32,000 nucleotides of DNA from an uncultured bacterium (GCA_949288335.1 CASEJU010000068.1:1-32000); one strand, 5' to 3'. Shown: positions 9,225-17,444, numbered from the stretch's first letter. Notes: generated by a model from the letters alone, not told the origin. Numbers and translations are program-made.

Positions 9225-9253
9225 TTGATTTTTAAGTACTTATATAATATAAT
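9225..9253 (+). promoter_or_regulatory. Sigma-A type promoter, TTGATT-17-TATAAT
   Basis: TTGATT at 9225-9230, a 17-nt spacer and TATAAT at 9248-9253, 30 nt upstream of ATG9284. Confidence 0.55.
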
Positions 9254-9283
9254 TTAACTGTAAAATAAGAAAGGAGTAATGGT

Positions 9284-10042
9284 ATGCAAGAAGATAATAA
9301 AAGCGTAACTAATGAGTCTTTGAAAGATCAAAATCAAGGTAAAAAAAATGGACTTGCAATAGCAGGATTGGTATGTTCTTTGTGCGGTATTATAACTTGT
9401 GGATTTACTAGTATAATAGGCTTAATTTTATCGATAGTAGGATTAAGCAAGTCAAAGAAGATGAATGATGAAGGAAAAGGCCTTGCCATTGGAGGTATAG
9501 TATCAGGTGCACTTATAATAATATTATATGTTTTTGTATTTATTTTTATGGCTGGAAGTATTTATTCAGTTACTAACAAAATAATAAATGCCACTGATAA
9601 TAATAAGAGTAGAAATGATTCATACTATAGTAATGATTATGATGATGATGATGAAAAAGAAGAATATGCTTTAGGCGAGACATTTGAATTTGACGATCTT
9701 GAAATTACTTTAGGAGAGAGTTATTCGTTTGATGTTGTTGATAATCAGTTTTCTGACCATTATAATAAGACGGTTGTAAAGTTACCAATTACAATTAAGA
9801 ACGTAGGGACCACAACGAATGGATTAAATATGTTTTATTATGATGTTTATGGTTCAAAAGGTACTGAAGTAGATGTTTTAAATACATATTTTTCTGATAA
9901 CGTAGACAGTGCTGGTGATTTAAGACCTGAAGCAGAATATACTAAATATTTATATTTTGTATATGATGGAAATGGTAGCTATACCATAGAGTTTGATGAT
10001 TACTATGAAGAAGTAGAAGTTACGTTTGACATTCAAAAATAA
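9284..10042 (+). CDS. Membrane protein with an N-terminal DUF4190-like TM pair and a C-terminal DUF4352-like extracellular domain
   Basis: GLAIAGLVCSLCGII...GLILSIVGL hairpin TM region, an acidic linker (DYDDDDEKEE), then a beta-rich domain (LEITLGE...VVKLPITIKNVG...YLYFVYDG) typical of DUF4352. Confidence 0.65.
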   Translation: MQEDNKSVTNESLKDQNQGKKNGLAIAGLVCSLCGIITCGFTSIIGLILSIVGLSKSKKMNDEGKGLAIGGIVSGALIIILYVFVFIFMAGSIYSVTNKIINATDNNKSRNDSYYSNDYDDDDEKEEYALGETFEFDDLEITLGESYSFDVVDNQFSDHYNKTVVKLPITIKNVGTTTNGLNMFYYDVYGSKGTEVDVLNTYFSDNVDSAGDLRPEAEYTKYLYFVYDGNGSYTIEFDDYYEEVEVTFDIQK

Positions 10043-10044
10043 TA

Positions 10045-10073
10045 AAAAACTATTTTAACTAAATAGTTTTTTT
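10045..10073 (+). terminator. Rho-independent terminator
   Basis: AAAAACTATTT pairs with AAATAGTTTTT around a 5-nt loop, followed by a T-run. Confidence 0.65.
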
Positions 10074-10173
10074 AATTACTGTAAATTTTTAAAAAATTAT
10101 AAGAAAAAAATTATTTTTGTTATGGAAATTATTAAAACTATGATAGAATATTAAATCAGAAAGAGTGGTTTAT

Positions 10174-12984
10174 ATGGATAAGATTATAGTAAAAGGTGCT
10201 AGAGAAAATAATTTAAAAAACGTGGATATTGAAATCCCTAAAAATAAATTAACGGTTATGACGGGTGTATCAGGATCAGGAAAGTCAAGCCTTGCTTTTG
10301 ATACGATATACGCAGAAGGCCAAAGAAGGTACGTAGAAAGTTTATCTTCATATGCAAGGCAGTTTTTAGGTGGAACAACAAAGCCTGACGTTGATTCAAT
10401 AGAAGGTCTTTCTCCATCTATTTCAATAGATCAAAAAACTACCAACAACAACCCAAGGTCAACGGTTGGAACGGTAACGGAAATATACGATTATTTAAGA
10501 CTTTTATACGCAAGAATAGGTGTTCCTTACTGTCCTAATCATAACATTCCAATATCAAGTCAATCAATTGAAGAAATGACTACGCAAATAATGAATGAAG
10601 AGAATGGTACAAAATTAATTATTATGTCGCCTGTTGCCTATGGTGAAAAAGGGACGTTTAAGGATTTGCTTAATAACTTAAGAAAAGATGGTTATGTAAG
10701 GGTCAAAATTGATGGTGAAGTAAAAGATTTAAGTGAGGATATAAACTTAGAAAAAAATAAAAAACATAATATTTTAGTTGTTATAGATCGTGTTATAAAA
10801 AAAGATGAAGCAAGAGGAAGAATATATGAAGCGTTAGAGCTTGCTTGCAAGTTATCTAAGGGAAAAGCTGTAGTTGAAATTCCAGGCCGTGATGATATTG
10901 TTATGAGTGAGTCTTTTGCGTGCCCTCACTGTGATTTTTCACTAGAAGAATTAGAGCCTAGAATGTTTTCGTTTAACGCTCCATACGGATCTTGCCCAGA
11001 TTGTAAAGGACTAGGTTTTAAACTAAAGATGAGTGCGGACTTAATTATTCCTGATAAAGAAAAAACGTTAAGACGCGGCGGTATAGAACCTTATGCAGGC
11101 ATGGACGAATATAATATATACATAAAAAAACTTGAAATAGTCTGTGATAAGTATGGAATTGACATGGATAAGAAAATCAAGGACTTAACTAAAAAAGAAC
11201 TTGATATAGTATTAAATGGTACTAAAGAGCCTATCGAGTTTAAGTTCTCAACTAGAAGTGGTAACAACATGAATAGTTATGAACCATATGAAGGGGTATT
11301 AAATAACTTGGAAAGACGCTATTTTGAAACTAATAGTGAGTTTATAAGAGAATGGCTTGGTAAGTACATGGTAGAGCTTACTTGTCCAACTTGTCATGGC
11401 AAAAGGTTAAAAGAAAGCGTTTTATCGGTTTTAATAAACAAGAAAAACATAATTGATTTAACCGATATGAACATTGATAAATTATATGATTTCTTTGATA
11501 AATTAAAATTAAGTAAGGAAAAAGAAGAAATTGCACGATTATTAATTAAGGAAATAAAATCAAGGTTGGAGTTTTTACATAACGTCGGACTTGGTTATTT
11601 AACATTATCAAGAAGCGCTGGAACGTTATCTGGTGGGGAAGCACAAAGAATAAGACTTGCAACCCAAATTGGATCACAGTTAACGGGCGTTTTATACGTT
11701 CTTGATGAGCCTTCTATCGGTCTTCATCAAAGGGATAATCAAAGATTAATTGATTCTTTATTAAAGATGCGAAATTTGGGTAACACATTAATAGTTGTAG
11801 AACATGATACCGACACTATGCTTCAGGCTGATTACTTAGTAGACGTAGGTCCTGGTGCAGGAGATCACGGTGGAGAAATAGTAGCTTGTGGAACTCCAAA
11901 AGAAGTTATGCAAAACAAAAACAGTTTAACCGGTGATTACCTATCTGGAAGAAAGAAAATAGAAGTACCTAAAAAAAGAAGAAAAGGAAACGGTAAGTAT
12001 ATCGAAATAAAAGGTGCTAAAGAAAATAACTTAAAAAGTATAAACGTTAAGTTTCCTTTAGGAAAGTTTATTTGCGTAACTGGTGTATCAGGATCAGGTA
12101 AATCAAGTTTGATTAACGGGATTTTATATAAAGCACTTGCCTTAAACGTTTATGGTACAAGAGTTGTTCCAGGTAAACATAAAAGCATTAAAGGATTAGA
12201 AAACGTAGATAAAGTAATTGATATAACCCAAGATCCAATAGGAAGAACTCCTCGTAGTAATCCCGCAACTTACGTTGGCGTATTTGACGACATTAGGGAC
12301 GTTTTTGCAAACACCAAGGAAGCTAAAATAAGAGGTTATGAAAAAGGAAGATTTTCATTTAACGTAAAAGGAGGACGCTGCGAGGCGTGCTGGGGTGATG
12401 GAGTTAAAAAGATTTCCATGAATTTTTTACCGGACGTATACGTTCCTTGTGAGGTTTGCGGGGGAACACGTTTTAATAAAGAAACTCTAGAAGTTAAATA
12501 TAAAGGAAAAACGATATATGACGTTTTACAGATGCGTGTTGAAGAGGCATTAGAATTTTTTGAAAATCATCCTAAAATCAAAAGAAAGCTTCAGGTTTTA
12601 ATGGACGTTGGACTTGGTTATATAAAACTTGGTCAAAGTGCTCCAACGCTATCTGGAGGTGAAGCATCCCGCGTTAAACTTGCAAAAGAGCTTCAAAAAA
12701 AACCAACTGGTAAAAGTGTGTTTATCCTAGATGAACCAACAACTGGTCTTCATAGTGATGATATTAAAAAACTACTTGTTATATTAAACAGAATCGTTGA
12801 TAATGGTGATACAGTAATCGTAATAGAGCATAACCTAGACGTTATAAAAGTGGCGGATCACATAATAGACTTAGGACCAGAAGGTGGGGATAATGGAGGT
12901 GCTATCGTGTGTGAAGGAACCCCAGAAAAAGTAGCTAAATGTGAAAAATCTTACACCGGAATGTATTTAAAATCTCTTTTATAA
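10174..12984 (+). CDS. uvrA: Excinuclease ABC subunit A
   Basis: Two ABC modules (GVSGSGKSS twice, LSGGEAQR / LSGGEASR) and zinc-finger CxxC pairs. I prefer ATG10174 (MDKIIVKGARENNLKN) over GTG10165, given RBS AGAAAGAG. Confidence 0.97.
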   Translation: MDKIIVKGARENNLKNVDIEIPKNKLTVMTGVSGSGKSSLAFDTIYAEGQRRYVESLSSYARQFLGGTTKPDVDSIEGLSPSISIDQKTTNNNPRSTVGTVTEIYDYLRLLYARIGVPYCPNHNIPISSQSIEEMTTQIMNEENGTKLIIMSPVAYGEKGTFKDLLNNLRKDGYVRVKIDGEVKDLSEDINLEKNKKHNILVVIDRVIKKDEARGRIYEALELACKLSKGKAVVEIPGRDDIVMSESFACPHCDFSLEELEPRMFSFNAPYGSCPDCKGLGFKLKMSADLIIPDKEKTLRRGGIEPYAGMDEYNIYIKKLEIVCDKYGIDMDKKIKDLTKKELDIVLNGTKEPIEFKFSTRSGNNMNSYEPYEGVLNNLERRYFETNSEFIREWLGKYMVELTCPTCHGKRLKESVLSVLINKKNIIDLTDMNIDKLYDFFDKLKLSKEKEEIARLLIKEIKSRLEFLHNVGLGYLTLSRSAGTLSGGEAQRIRLATQIGSQLTGVLYVLDEPSIGLHQRDNQRLIDSLLKMRNLGNTLIVVEHDTDTMLQADYLVDVGPGAGDHGGEIVACGTPKEVMQNKNSLTGDYLSGRKKIEVPKKRRKGNGKYIEIKGAKENNLKSINVKFPLGKFICVTGVSGSGKSSLINGILYKALALNVYGTRVVPGKHKSIKGLENVDKVIDITQDPIGRTPRSNPATYVGVFDDIRDVFANTKEAKIRGYEKGRFSFNVKGGRCEACWGDGVKKISMNFLPDVYVPCEVCGGTRFNKETLEVKYKGKTIYDVLQMRVEEALEFFENHPKIKRKLQVLMDVGLGYIKLGQSAPTLSGGEASRVKLAKELQKKPTGKSVFILDEPTTGLHSDDIKKLLVILNRIVDNGDTVIVIEHNLDVIKVADHIIDLGPEGGDNGGAIVCEGTPEKVAKCEKSYTGMYLKSLL

Positions 12985-13012
12985 GGAAGTTTTATTAAAA
13001 ATGGATAATAAT

Positions 13013-13048
13013 AAGGTAGAGATAGAAATTATCTTTACCTTATTTTTT
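13013..13048 (+). terminator. Rho-independent terminator of uvrA
   Basis: A 12-bp stem, AAGGTAGAGATA (13013-13024) with TATCTTTACCTT (13030-13041), followed by a T-run. Confidence 0.7.
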
Positions 13049-13094
13049 AATAATTATTTTATTATTTTCAAATTAACTTTTATTCTTTTGAAAA

Positions 13095-13103
13095 TGATAG
13101 AAT
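13095..13103 (+). promoter_or_regulatory. Extended -10 element (TGaTAGAAT) for the ArpU-like gene
   Basis: TG at 13095-13096 and TAGAAT at 13098-13103, followed by RBS GAAAGGAG at 13111-13118 and ATG13127. Confidence 0.45.
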
Positions 13104-13126
13104 ATTCTTTGAAAGGAGCTGTTACA

Positions 13127-13546
13127 ATGGTACAACCAATAAACATATCTTGGTCTAAAACTAAAAAAAACGTGGAACAAATTATTTCAAAATACATATA
13201 TTATTGCTTGTCTGTTGATAATGGTTCAACTTCTAATATACAAGATAATTTTATCTTGGAAAAGCTAGAGTATACTCCTATTACTAGTTCTTATATAAAC
13301 TTAAATTCAGAAGAAAGAAAAGCAAGAATAGAATTTATTAATTATTTTAGGTTTTCCTTTAACAAATTAACTACGGATGAAAGAAAAATAATATATTGGA
13401 CTTACTTGGATAAGGAAAACAATTATGATGATAGATACATTGCAAATAACCTAGGTTTTTCATTAGGTTATTATTATATAAAGAAAAAAGAAACGCTAAT
13501 TAGGTTTGCTTATTCTTTAGGAGTTGAAGAAGTAAGCGATAAATAA
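13127..13546 (+). CDS. ArpU-family (phage late-gene / sigma region-4-like) transcriptional regulator, solitary
   Basis: About 139 aa. The N-terminus has TKKNVEQIISKY, and the C-terminus has LTTDERKIIYWTYLD...IANNLGFSLGYYYIKKKETLIRFAYSLG, which matches the ArpU pattern by eye. The track start at 13001 is rejected because it crosses the uvrA terminator. Confidence 0.55.
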   Translation: MVQPINISWSKTKKNVEQIISKYIYYCLSVDNGSTSNIQDNFILEKLEYTPITSSYINLNSEERKARIEFINYFRFSFNKLTTDERKIIYWTYLDKENNYDDRYIANNLGFSLGYYYIKKKETLIRFAYSLGVEEVSDK

Positions 13547-13558
13547 TATAAACGATAT

Positions 13559-13588
13559 AAAAAAATCATAGTTCATATGATTTTTTTA
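13559..13588 (+). terminator. Rho-independent terminator
   Basis: AAAAATCATA pairs with TATGATTTTT around a 5-nt loop, followed by a T-run. Confidence 0.65.
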
Positions 13589-13798
13589 ATGTCTTAAAAA
13601 AACGAACATAATTATTTTAATTTATATAGAAAAACGGCTTAAAAAGTATTAAAAAAATAAATAACGTAAAAATATAAAATATTTGACGAAAAAATGTTTT
13701 TCTTATTTAATAACCTTATGCTATAATTATACTGGTGATGCTATTTGAGGGTAATCATAATAGATGATAAAAAAAGTAAGAAAAGCACTGAAAATAAA

Positions 13799-14188
13799 AT
13801 GGAATATAGACTTAATTTGTTTTTAGAATGGCTTATTTACATGTTAGGATACGCAATGGTTTTATTAATAACATCTAATTTGTTTAGATCTCTTTACGTA
13901 GAAAATTTCTTTTATGGCTTTTTAGCTGCTATAATAATATATGTTCTAAACAAAACGGTAAAACCAATATTAGTTACGTTATCACTTCCGTTAATTGGAA
14001 TAACGATGGGACTTTTTTACTTTGTGATAAACGTTTTAATACTTCTTTTAGTAAGTCTTATTTTAGGCAAGCATTTTTATTTAACAGGTTTTTTATCGCC
14101 TGTTATAGTATCAATTTTTATAAGTATAATGAATTTAATTATATCTAATTTAATCATAAAACCATTAATAGAAAGGTGTAAGAAATAA
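13799..14188 (+). CDS. Phage_holin_4_2-family (YvlD-like) 4-TM membrane protein
   Basis: NKTVKPILVTLSLPLIGITMGLFYFVINVLIL matches the YvlD family core (VKPxLxxLxLPxxxxTxGLFxFVIN). The start is uncertain between ATG13799 and TTG13745. A perfect extended -10 (TGcTATAAT) lies at 13720-13728. Confidence 0.7.
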   Translation: MEYRLNLFLEWLIYMLGYAMVLLITSNLFRSLYVENFFYGFLAAIIIYVLNKTVKPILVTLSLPLIGITMGLFYFVINVLILLLVSLILGKHFYLTGFLSPVIVSIFISIMNLIISNLIIKPLIERCKK

Positions 14189-14189
14189 T

Positions 14190-14999
14190 ATGGACAAAGT
14201 AGCTTTAAACATAGGACCAATTACGATTACTTGGTATTCGATTTGCATACTGTTAGGAATAATTTTAGCTGGGTTAGTCATTAATAAAGAAGCTAAAAAA
14301 TATAATATCCCAACGAGTTTTATTACTAATTTAATTTTTTGGTGTGTTGTTTTTGGGCTTTTAGGTGCTAGAATTTATTACGTATTATTTAACCTTGATT
14401 ATTATGCATCATCTCCAATTGAAATAATAAAAATATGGAATGGAGGCCTTGCAATACACGGGGGTATAATTGCGGGATTTATAACGCTTGTTATATACTG
14501 TAAGAAATATGGCGTAAACATTCTTAAGATGTTAGATATAGTAGCGCCAGCTTTACTTTTGGCACAAGCAATAGGACGTTGGGGAAACTTTTTTAATGCA
14601 GAAGCTCACGGCGGAATCGTTTCAAGAAGTTTTTTAGAAGGACTTCATTTGCCAGAATTCATAATAGATGGAATGCACATTGGTTCCCATTATTATCATC
14701 CTACTTTTTTATATGAATCAATATTTTGTTTAATTGGCTTTTTTGTATTAGTAGGTTTTAGAAGCATTAAGTCTACTAAACTTGGGAACACAACGGCGTT
14801 ATATCTTATTTGGTATGGTGTTTTAAGATTTTTTATCGAGTCACTTAGAACGGATAGTTTAATGCTTGGAAGCCTAAAAACGGCGCAGATAGTGTCAGTA
14901 ATTATGGTCATTATCGGAGTTGTTATGTTTATAATAACCAAAATAAAAGGTAAAGCTTATGATGATGTGGGAGCGAAAGAAAATGAAATCAAATGCTAA
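14190..14999 (+). CDS. lgt: Prolipoprotein diacylglyceryl transferase
   Basis: Shows the Lgt signature blocks GGLAIHGGIIAG, GRWGNFFNAEAHG and LYESI. Confidence 0.93.
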   Translation: MDKVALNIGPITITWYSICILLGIILAGLVINKEAKKYNIPTSFITNLIFWCVVFGLLGARIYYVLFNLDYYASSPIEIIKIWNGGLAIHGGIIAGFITLVIYCKKYGVNILKMLDIVAPALLLAQAIGRWGNFFNAEAHGGIVSRSFLEGLHLPEFIIDGMHIGSHYYHPTFLYESIFCLIGFFVLVGFRSIKSTKLGNTTALYLIWYGVLRFFIESLRTDSLMLGSLKTAQIVSVIMVIIGVVMFIITKIKGKAYDDVGAKENEIKC

Positions 15000-15897
15000 T
15001 TACGAAGTTATCATAATAGGAGCAGGACCAGCTGGTCTTTGCGCGGCCATATATTTTAAAAGAGCGGGTATAACTCCTTTAATTCTAGAAGCATCCGCAC
15101 CCGGTGGAACACTTAATAAAACCCATAAAATAGAAAATTATCCAGGATATCAAGACGGGGATGGGTCAACGCTTGCTTTTAGAATGTACTCACAAGTAGA
15201 AGAACTTTCTGTTCCATTTAAAACCGAGAAAGTAATAAATATAGAAAAAGCAAATGATATTTATACCGTTATAACGGAAAGTAATAAATATACGTCTAAA
15301 TATATTTTAATAGCAACCGGAAAAACACCAAGAAAATTAGATGCAACAAATGCTGATGTGTACGAAAATAAGGGCATATCATATTGTGCGGTATGCGATG
15401 GAGCTTTATATAAGGACAAAGACGTTATCGTAATCGGTGGCGGAAACTCTGCTATGGAAGCTGCCGAATACATGAGTGATATAGCACGATGTGTATACAT
15501 AATAAATAGATCAAACGTATTAAGAGCAGATGAAAAAGAAAAGGAAATAACTAAAAAATCAAACGTTAAGGTACTTTTAAATAAAAAAGTAAAAGAAGTA
15601 TTAGGAGATACTAAAAAAGTAACGGGTGTTATTTTGGATAATGATGAAAAGATAGATGCAAGTGCAATCTTTGTTTGCATAGGTCAAGAATCGTCAATAG
15701 CATATTATCAGAACCTTAATTTAGAGTCTGATAACAAAGGAATAATAGTTAATAATGAAATGAAAACAAGTGATGATAACGTTTACGCTGCAGGAGACTC
15801 GGTAAGTAAAGATTTATACCAAGTTGTAACAGCAACTTCGGAAGGTGCTATAGCAGCAACAAACATAATTAAAAAAATAAGGAAGTCTAATGGTTAG
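14983..15897 (+). CDS. trxB: Low-molecular-weight thioredoxin-reductase-like flavoprotein with a variant pyridine-nucleotide motif
   Basis: FAD-binding motif GAGPAGL, redox CAVCDG, and a second dinucleotide motif GGGNSAME. I prefer ATG14983 (MKSNANYEV), which follows GGGAGCGAAAG. NRSNVLRA replaces the canonical HRRDxxRA. Confidence 0.8.
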   Translation: MKSNANYEVIIIGAGPAGLCAAIYFKRAGITPLILEASAPGGTLNKTHKIENYPGYQDGDGSTLAFRMYSQVEELSVPFKTEKVINIEKANDIYTVITESNKYTSKYILIATGKTPRKLDATNADVYENKGISYCAVCDGALYKDKDVIVIGGGNSAMEAAEYMSDIARCVYIINRSNVLRADEKEKEITKKSNVKVLLNKKVKEVLGDTKKVTGVILDNDEKIDASAIFVCIGQESSIAYYQNLNLESDNKGIIVNNEMKTSDDNVYAAGDSVSKDLYQVVTATSEGAIAATNIIKKIRKSNG

Positions 15898-15915
15898 TTA
15901 TTAGACTTCCTTTTT
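15871..15915. terminator. Bidirectional intrinsic terminator shared by two convergent, overlapping genes
   Basis: AAAAAAA, then GGAAGTCTAA (15881-15890), a 10-nt loop, TTAGACTTCC (15901-15910), then TTTTT. Both stop codons lie inside the loop. Confidence 0.7.
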
Positions 15916-16388
15916 GCTCTAACAATTATTTTCTTTTTCTTTATAGTATTTCCGTCCTTATCAAGATAAATAAAATTATTTATTGTTTTTATTTCATCAT
16001 CGATATAATTATTCTTATTAATATCTTTTTTTAGTTTATCTAAAGAAAGAATATCTTTAGATAAATGATTATCCAAGAACCATTTTAATTCTGTTGTATT
16101 AAAATCGCCATTATATCCGCCTTTGGTTTTATCAAATCTAACACCCGCTATAATTTCTTTTTCACTTATCATGATGTCATCAAAAGGGTGCTTTAACCAT
16201 ACAATTGGCTCAACTTTAACCCAAACATGGTCACCATCTTTATATTTTTCACCATTAGAAAGAGTGAAATTACCACCACCAAAATTCGAATTAGCTCTTA
16301 TCCTAGTATATACTTCTCCATTATATTCAAAATAAGTTTGTTCTTCTGTTAATAATGTTAATTTTGGTATTTCTAAAGTTTCAATCAT
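15894..16388 (-). CDS. Small cytoplasmic protein with a DUF6273-like domain
   Basis: 164 aa from ATG16388, with RBS GAAAGGAAAG 5 nt upstream on the minus strand. VEPIVWLK...IMISEKEIIAGVRFD...FNTTELKWFLDNHL resembles the PIxWxVL...LLxSE...LRxWLN pattern of DUF6273. The track start at 16475 is rejected. Confidence 0.5.
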   Translation of the reverse strand: MIETLEIPKLTLLTEEQTYFEYNGEVYTRIRANSNFGGGNFTLSNGEKYKDGDHVWVKVEPIVWLKHPFDDIMISEKEIIAGVRFDKTKGGYNGDFNTTELKWFLDNHLSKDILSLDKLKKDINKNNYIDDEIKTINNFIYLDKDGNTIKKKKIIVRAKRKSNN

Positions 16389-16413
16389 AATTTCTTTCCT
16401 TTCTTGTTTATCT

Positions 16414-16441
16414 ATTATATTTATTTTTAAATTTAAGTCAA
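16414..16441 (-). promoter_or_regulatory. Near-consensus promoter, TTGACT-16-TATAAT, for the minus-strand gene
   Basis: On the reverse complement, TTGACT is at 16441-16436 and TATAAT at 16419-16414, about 25 nt upstream of ATG16388. Confidence 0.55.
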
Positions 16442-16459
16442 CAAAAACACCCGGATATG

Positions 16460-16488
16460 TTGAAAAAGAAACCATTATTTGATATAAT
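16460..16488 (+). promoter_or_regulatory. Promoter TTGAAA-17-TATAAT with an extended TG, for whiA
   Basis: TTGAAA at 16460-16465, TG at 16480-16481 and TATAAT at 16483-16488. RBS AAGGAAGTGA precedes ATG16512. Confidence 0.6.
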
Positions 16489-16511
16489 TCTTATGGTAAG
16501 GAAGTGATGGT

Positions 16512-17444
16512 ATGACGTTTTCAAGTAAAATAAAAAAAGAGATTAGTACAACTGAGTGCACCAGGGCCGAGTACTTATCTGAATTATCAGGAATAATTAG
16601 AACTAGTGCGCAAATAAAGATATATAACATTAAAATTCAAACCGAAAACAAATTTGTTGCAAATCGTATTTTTGGTTTGTTTAAGATTTTGTATGACATT
16701 AATCTAAACATATCGTTAAGAAAGAATTATAACTTTAAGAAAAACGAAATATACGTTTTAGAGTTAAAAAAAGAAACGTTAAAAGTGCTTCGTGATTTAG
16801 GAATAATAAATGAAAAAAACGAACTTTTAATAATACCTAGCGAATCCATGCTTTCTGATGAAGAGTTAAAAAGGGCTTATTTAAGAGGCGTGTTTTTAGT
16901 ATCGGGAAGCCTAAATGATCCTAAAACATCAAGGTATCATTTGGAGTTCTTAATTAATGATACTAAGTATGCTAACTTTTTAAATAACTTACTTAACGAG
17001 TGTAATTTAAATAGTAAAATATTACATCGTAAGAAAGGCTACATGATATATATTAAGGAAGCTGAAAAAATAAGCGACTTCTTAAGGCTTATAAGAGCTT
17101 ATAACGGGGTTATGTATTATGAAGAAATTCGGGTGTACCGAGAAAAGATAAACATGACTAACCGACTTAATAACTGTGAGCAGGCAAACGTTGAAAAGAT
17201 GGTTGTAACCGCTAACAAGCTTATTTCAGAAATTGAATTTATAAAGGAAAAAGGAATGTTTGATTTGCTTGATGAAAAGGTAAGAGAAAGTGCTTTATAT
17301 CGTCAAAGGTATCCAGAAACGTCCCTTTTAGAATTAAGTAAAATAATAACTTTAGAAACCGGTTCAAACGTTAGTAAATCATGTTTGAATCATAGGTTTA
17401 GAAAAATTAAAGAGTTTGCTGAAAAAATAAGGAAGCAAAATTAA
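16512..17444 (+). CDS. whiA: DNA-binding protein WhiA
   Basis: The N-terminus KKEIS...AEYLSELSGIIRTSA, a degenerate LAGLIDADG-like region (YLRGVFLVSGSLNDP) and a C-terminal HTH (SLLELSK...SKSCLNHRFRKIKE) match WhiA. Confidence 0.9.
   Translation: MTFSSKIKKEISTTECTRAEYLSELSGIIRTSAQIKIYNIKIQTENKFVANRIFGLFKILYDINLNISLRKNYNFKKNEIYVLELKKETLKVLRDLGIINEKNELLIIPSESMLSDEELKRAYLRGVFLVSGSLNDPKTSRYHLEFLINDTKYANFLNNLLNECNLNSKILHRKKGYMIYIKEAEKISDFLRLIRAYNGVMYYEEIRVYREKINMTNRLNNCEQANVEKMVVTANKLISEIEFIKEKGMFDLLDEKVRESALYRQRYPETSLLELSKIITLETGSNVSKSCLNHRFRKIKEFAEKIRKQN

Noticed and set aside
10074-10164. LexA/Cheo box (CGAAC-N4-GTTCG) upstream of uvrA and uvrB
   Set aside because: No such motif is present in either upstream region. 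Only an extended -10 (TGaTAGAAT, 10141-10149) was found.
13001-13126. N-terminal extension of the ArpU-like ORF (track start 13001)
   Set aside because: The extension runs through the uvrA terminator hairpin (13013-13048) and the extended -10 element. ATG13127 has a proper RBS (GAAAGGAG, 8-nt spacing).
15261-15680. 139-aa minus-strand ORF inside the trxB-like gene. Similar antisense ORFs lie at 627-908, 1201-1428, 1943-2152, 2345-2605, 3262-3597, 3847-4167, 8813-9076, 14696-14941, 19745-20059, 20303-20545, 22019-22348, 23006-23200, 24284-24568, 24582-24854, 24904-25110, 27886-28113, 28302-28520, 29313-29558 and 30732-30914.
   Set aside because: All are embedded antisense in well-supported genes. 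Their composition is low-complexity and hydrophobic or Ser-rich, and they lack translation signals. They are shadow ORFs.
16389-16475. N-terminal extension of the minus-strand ORF (track start 16475)
   Set aside because: The extension covers the gene's own TTGACT-16-TATAAT promoter and overlaps the whiA promoter. ATG16388 has a strong RBS.
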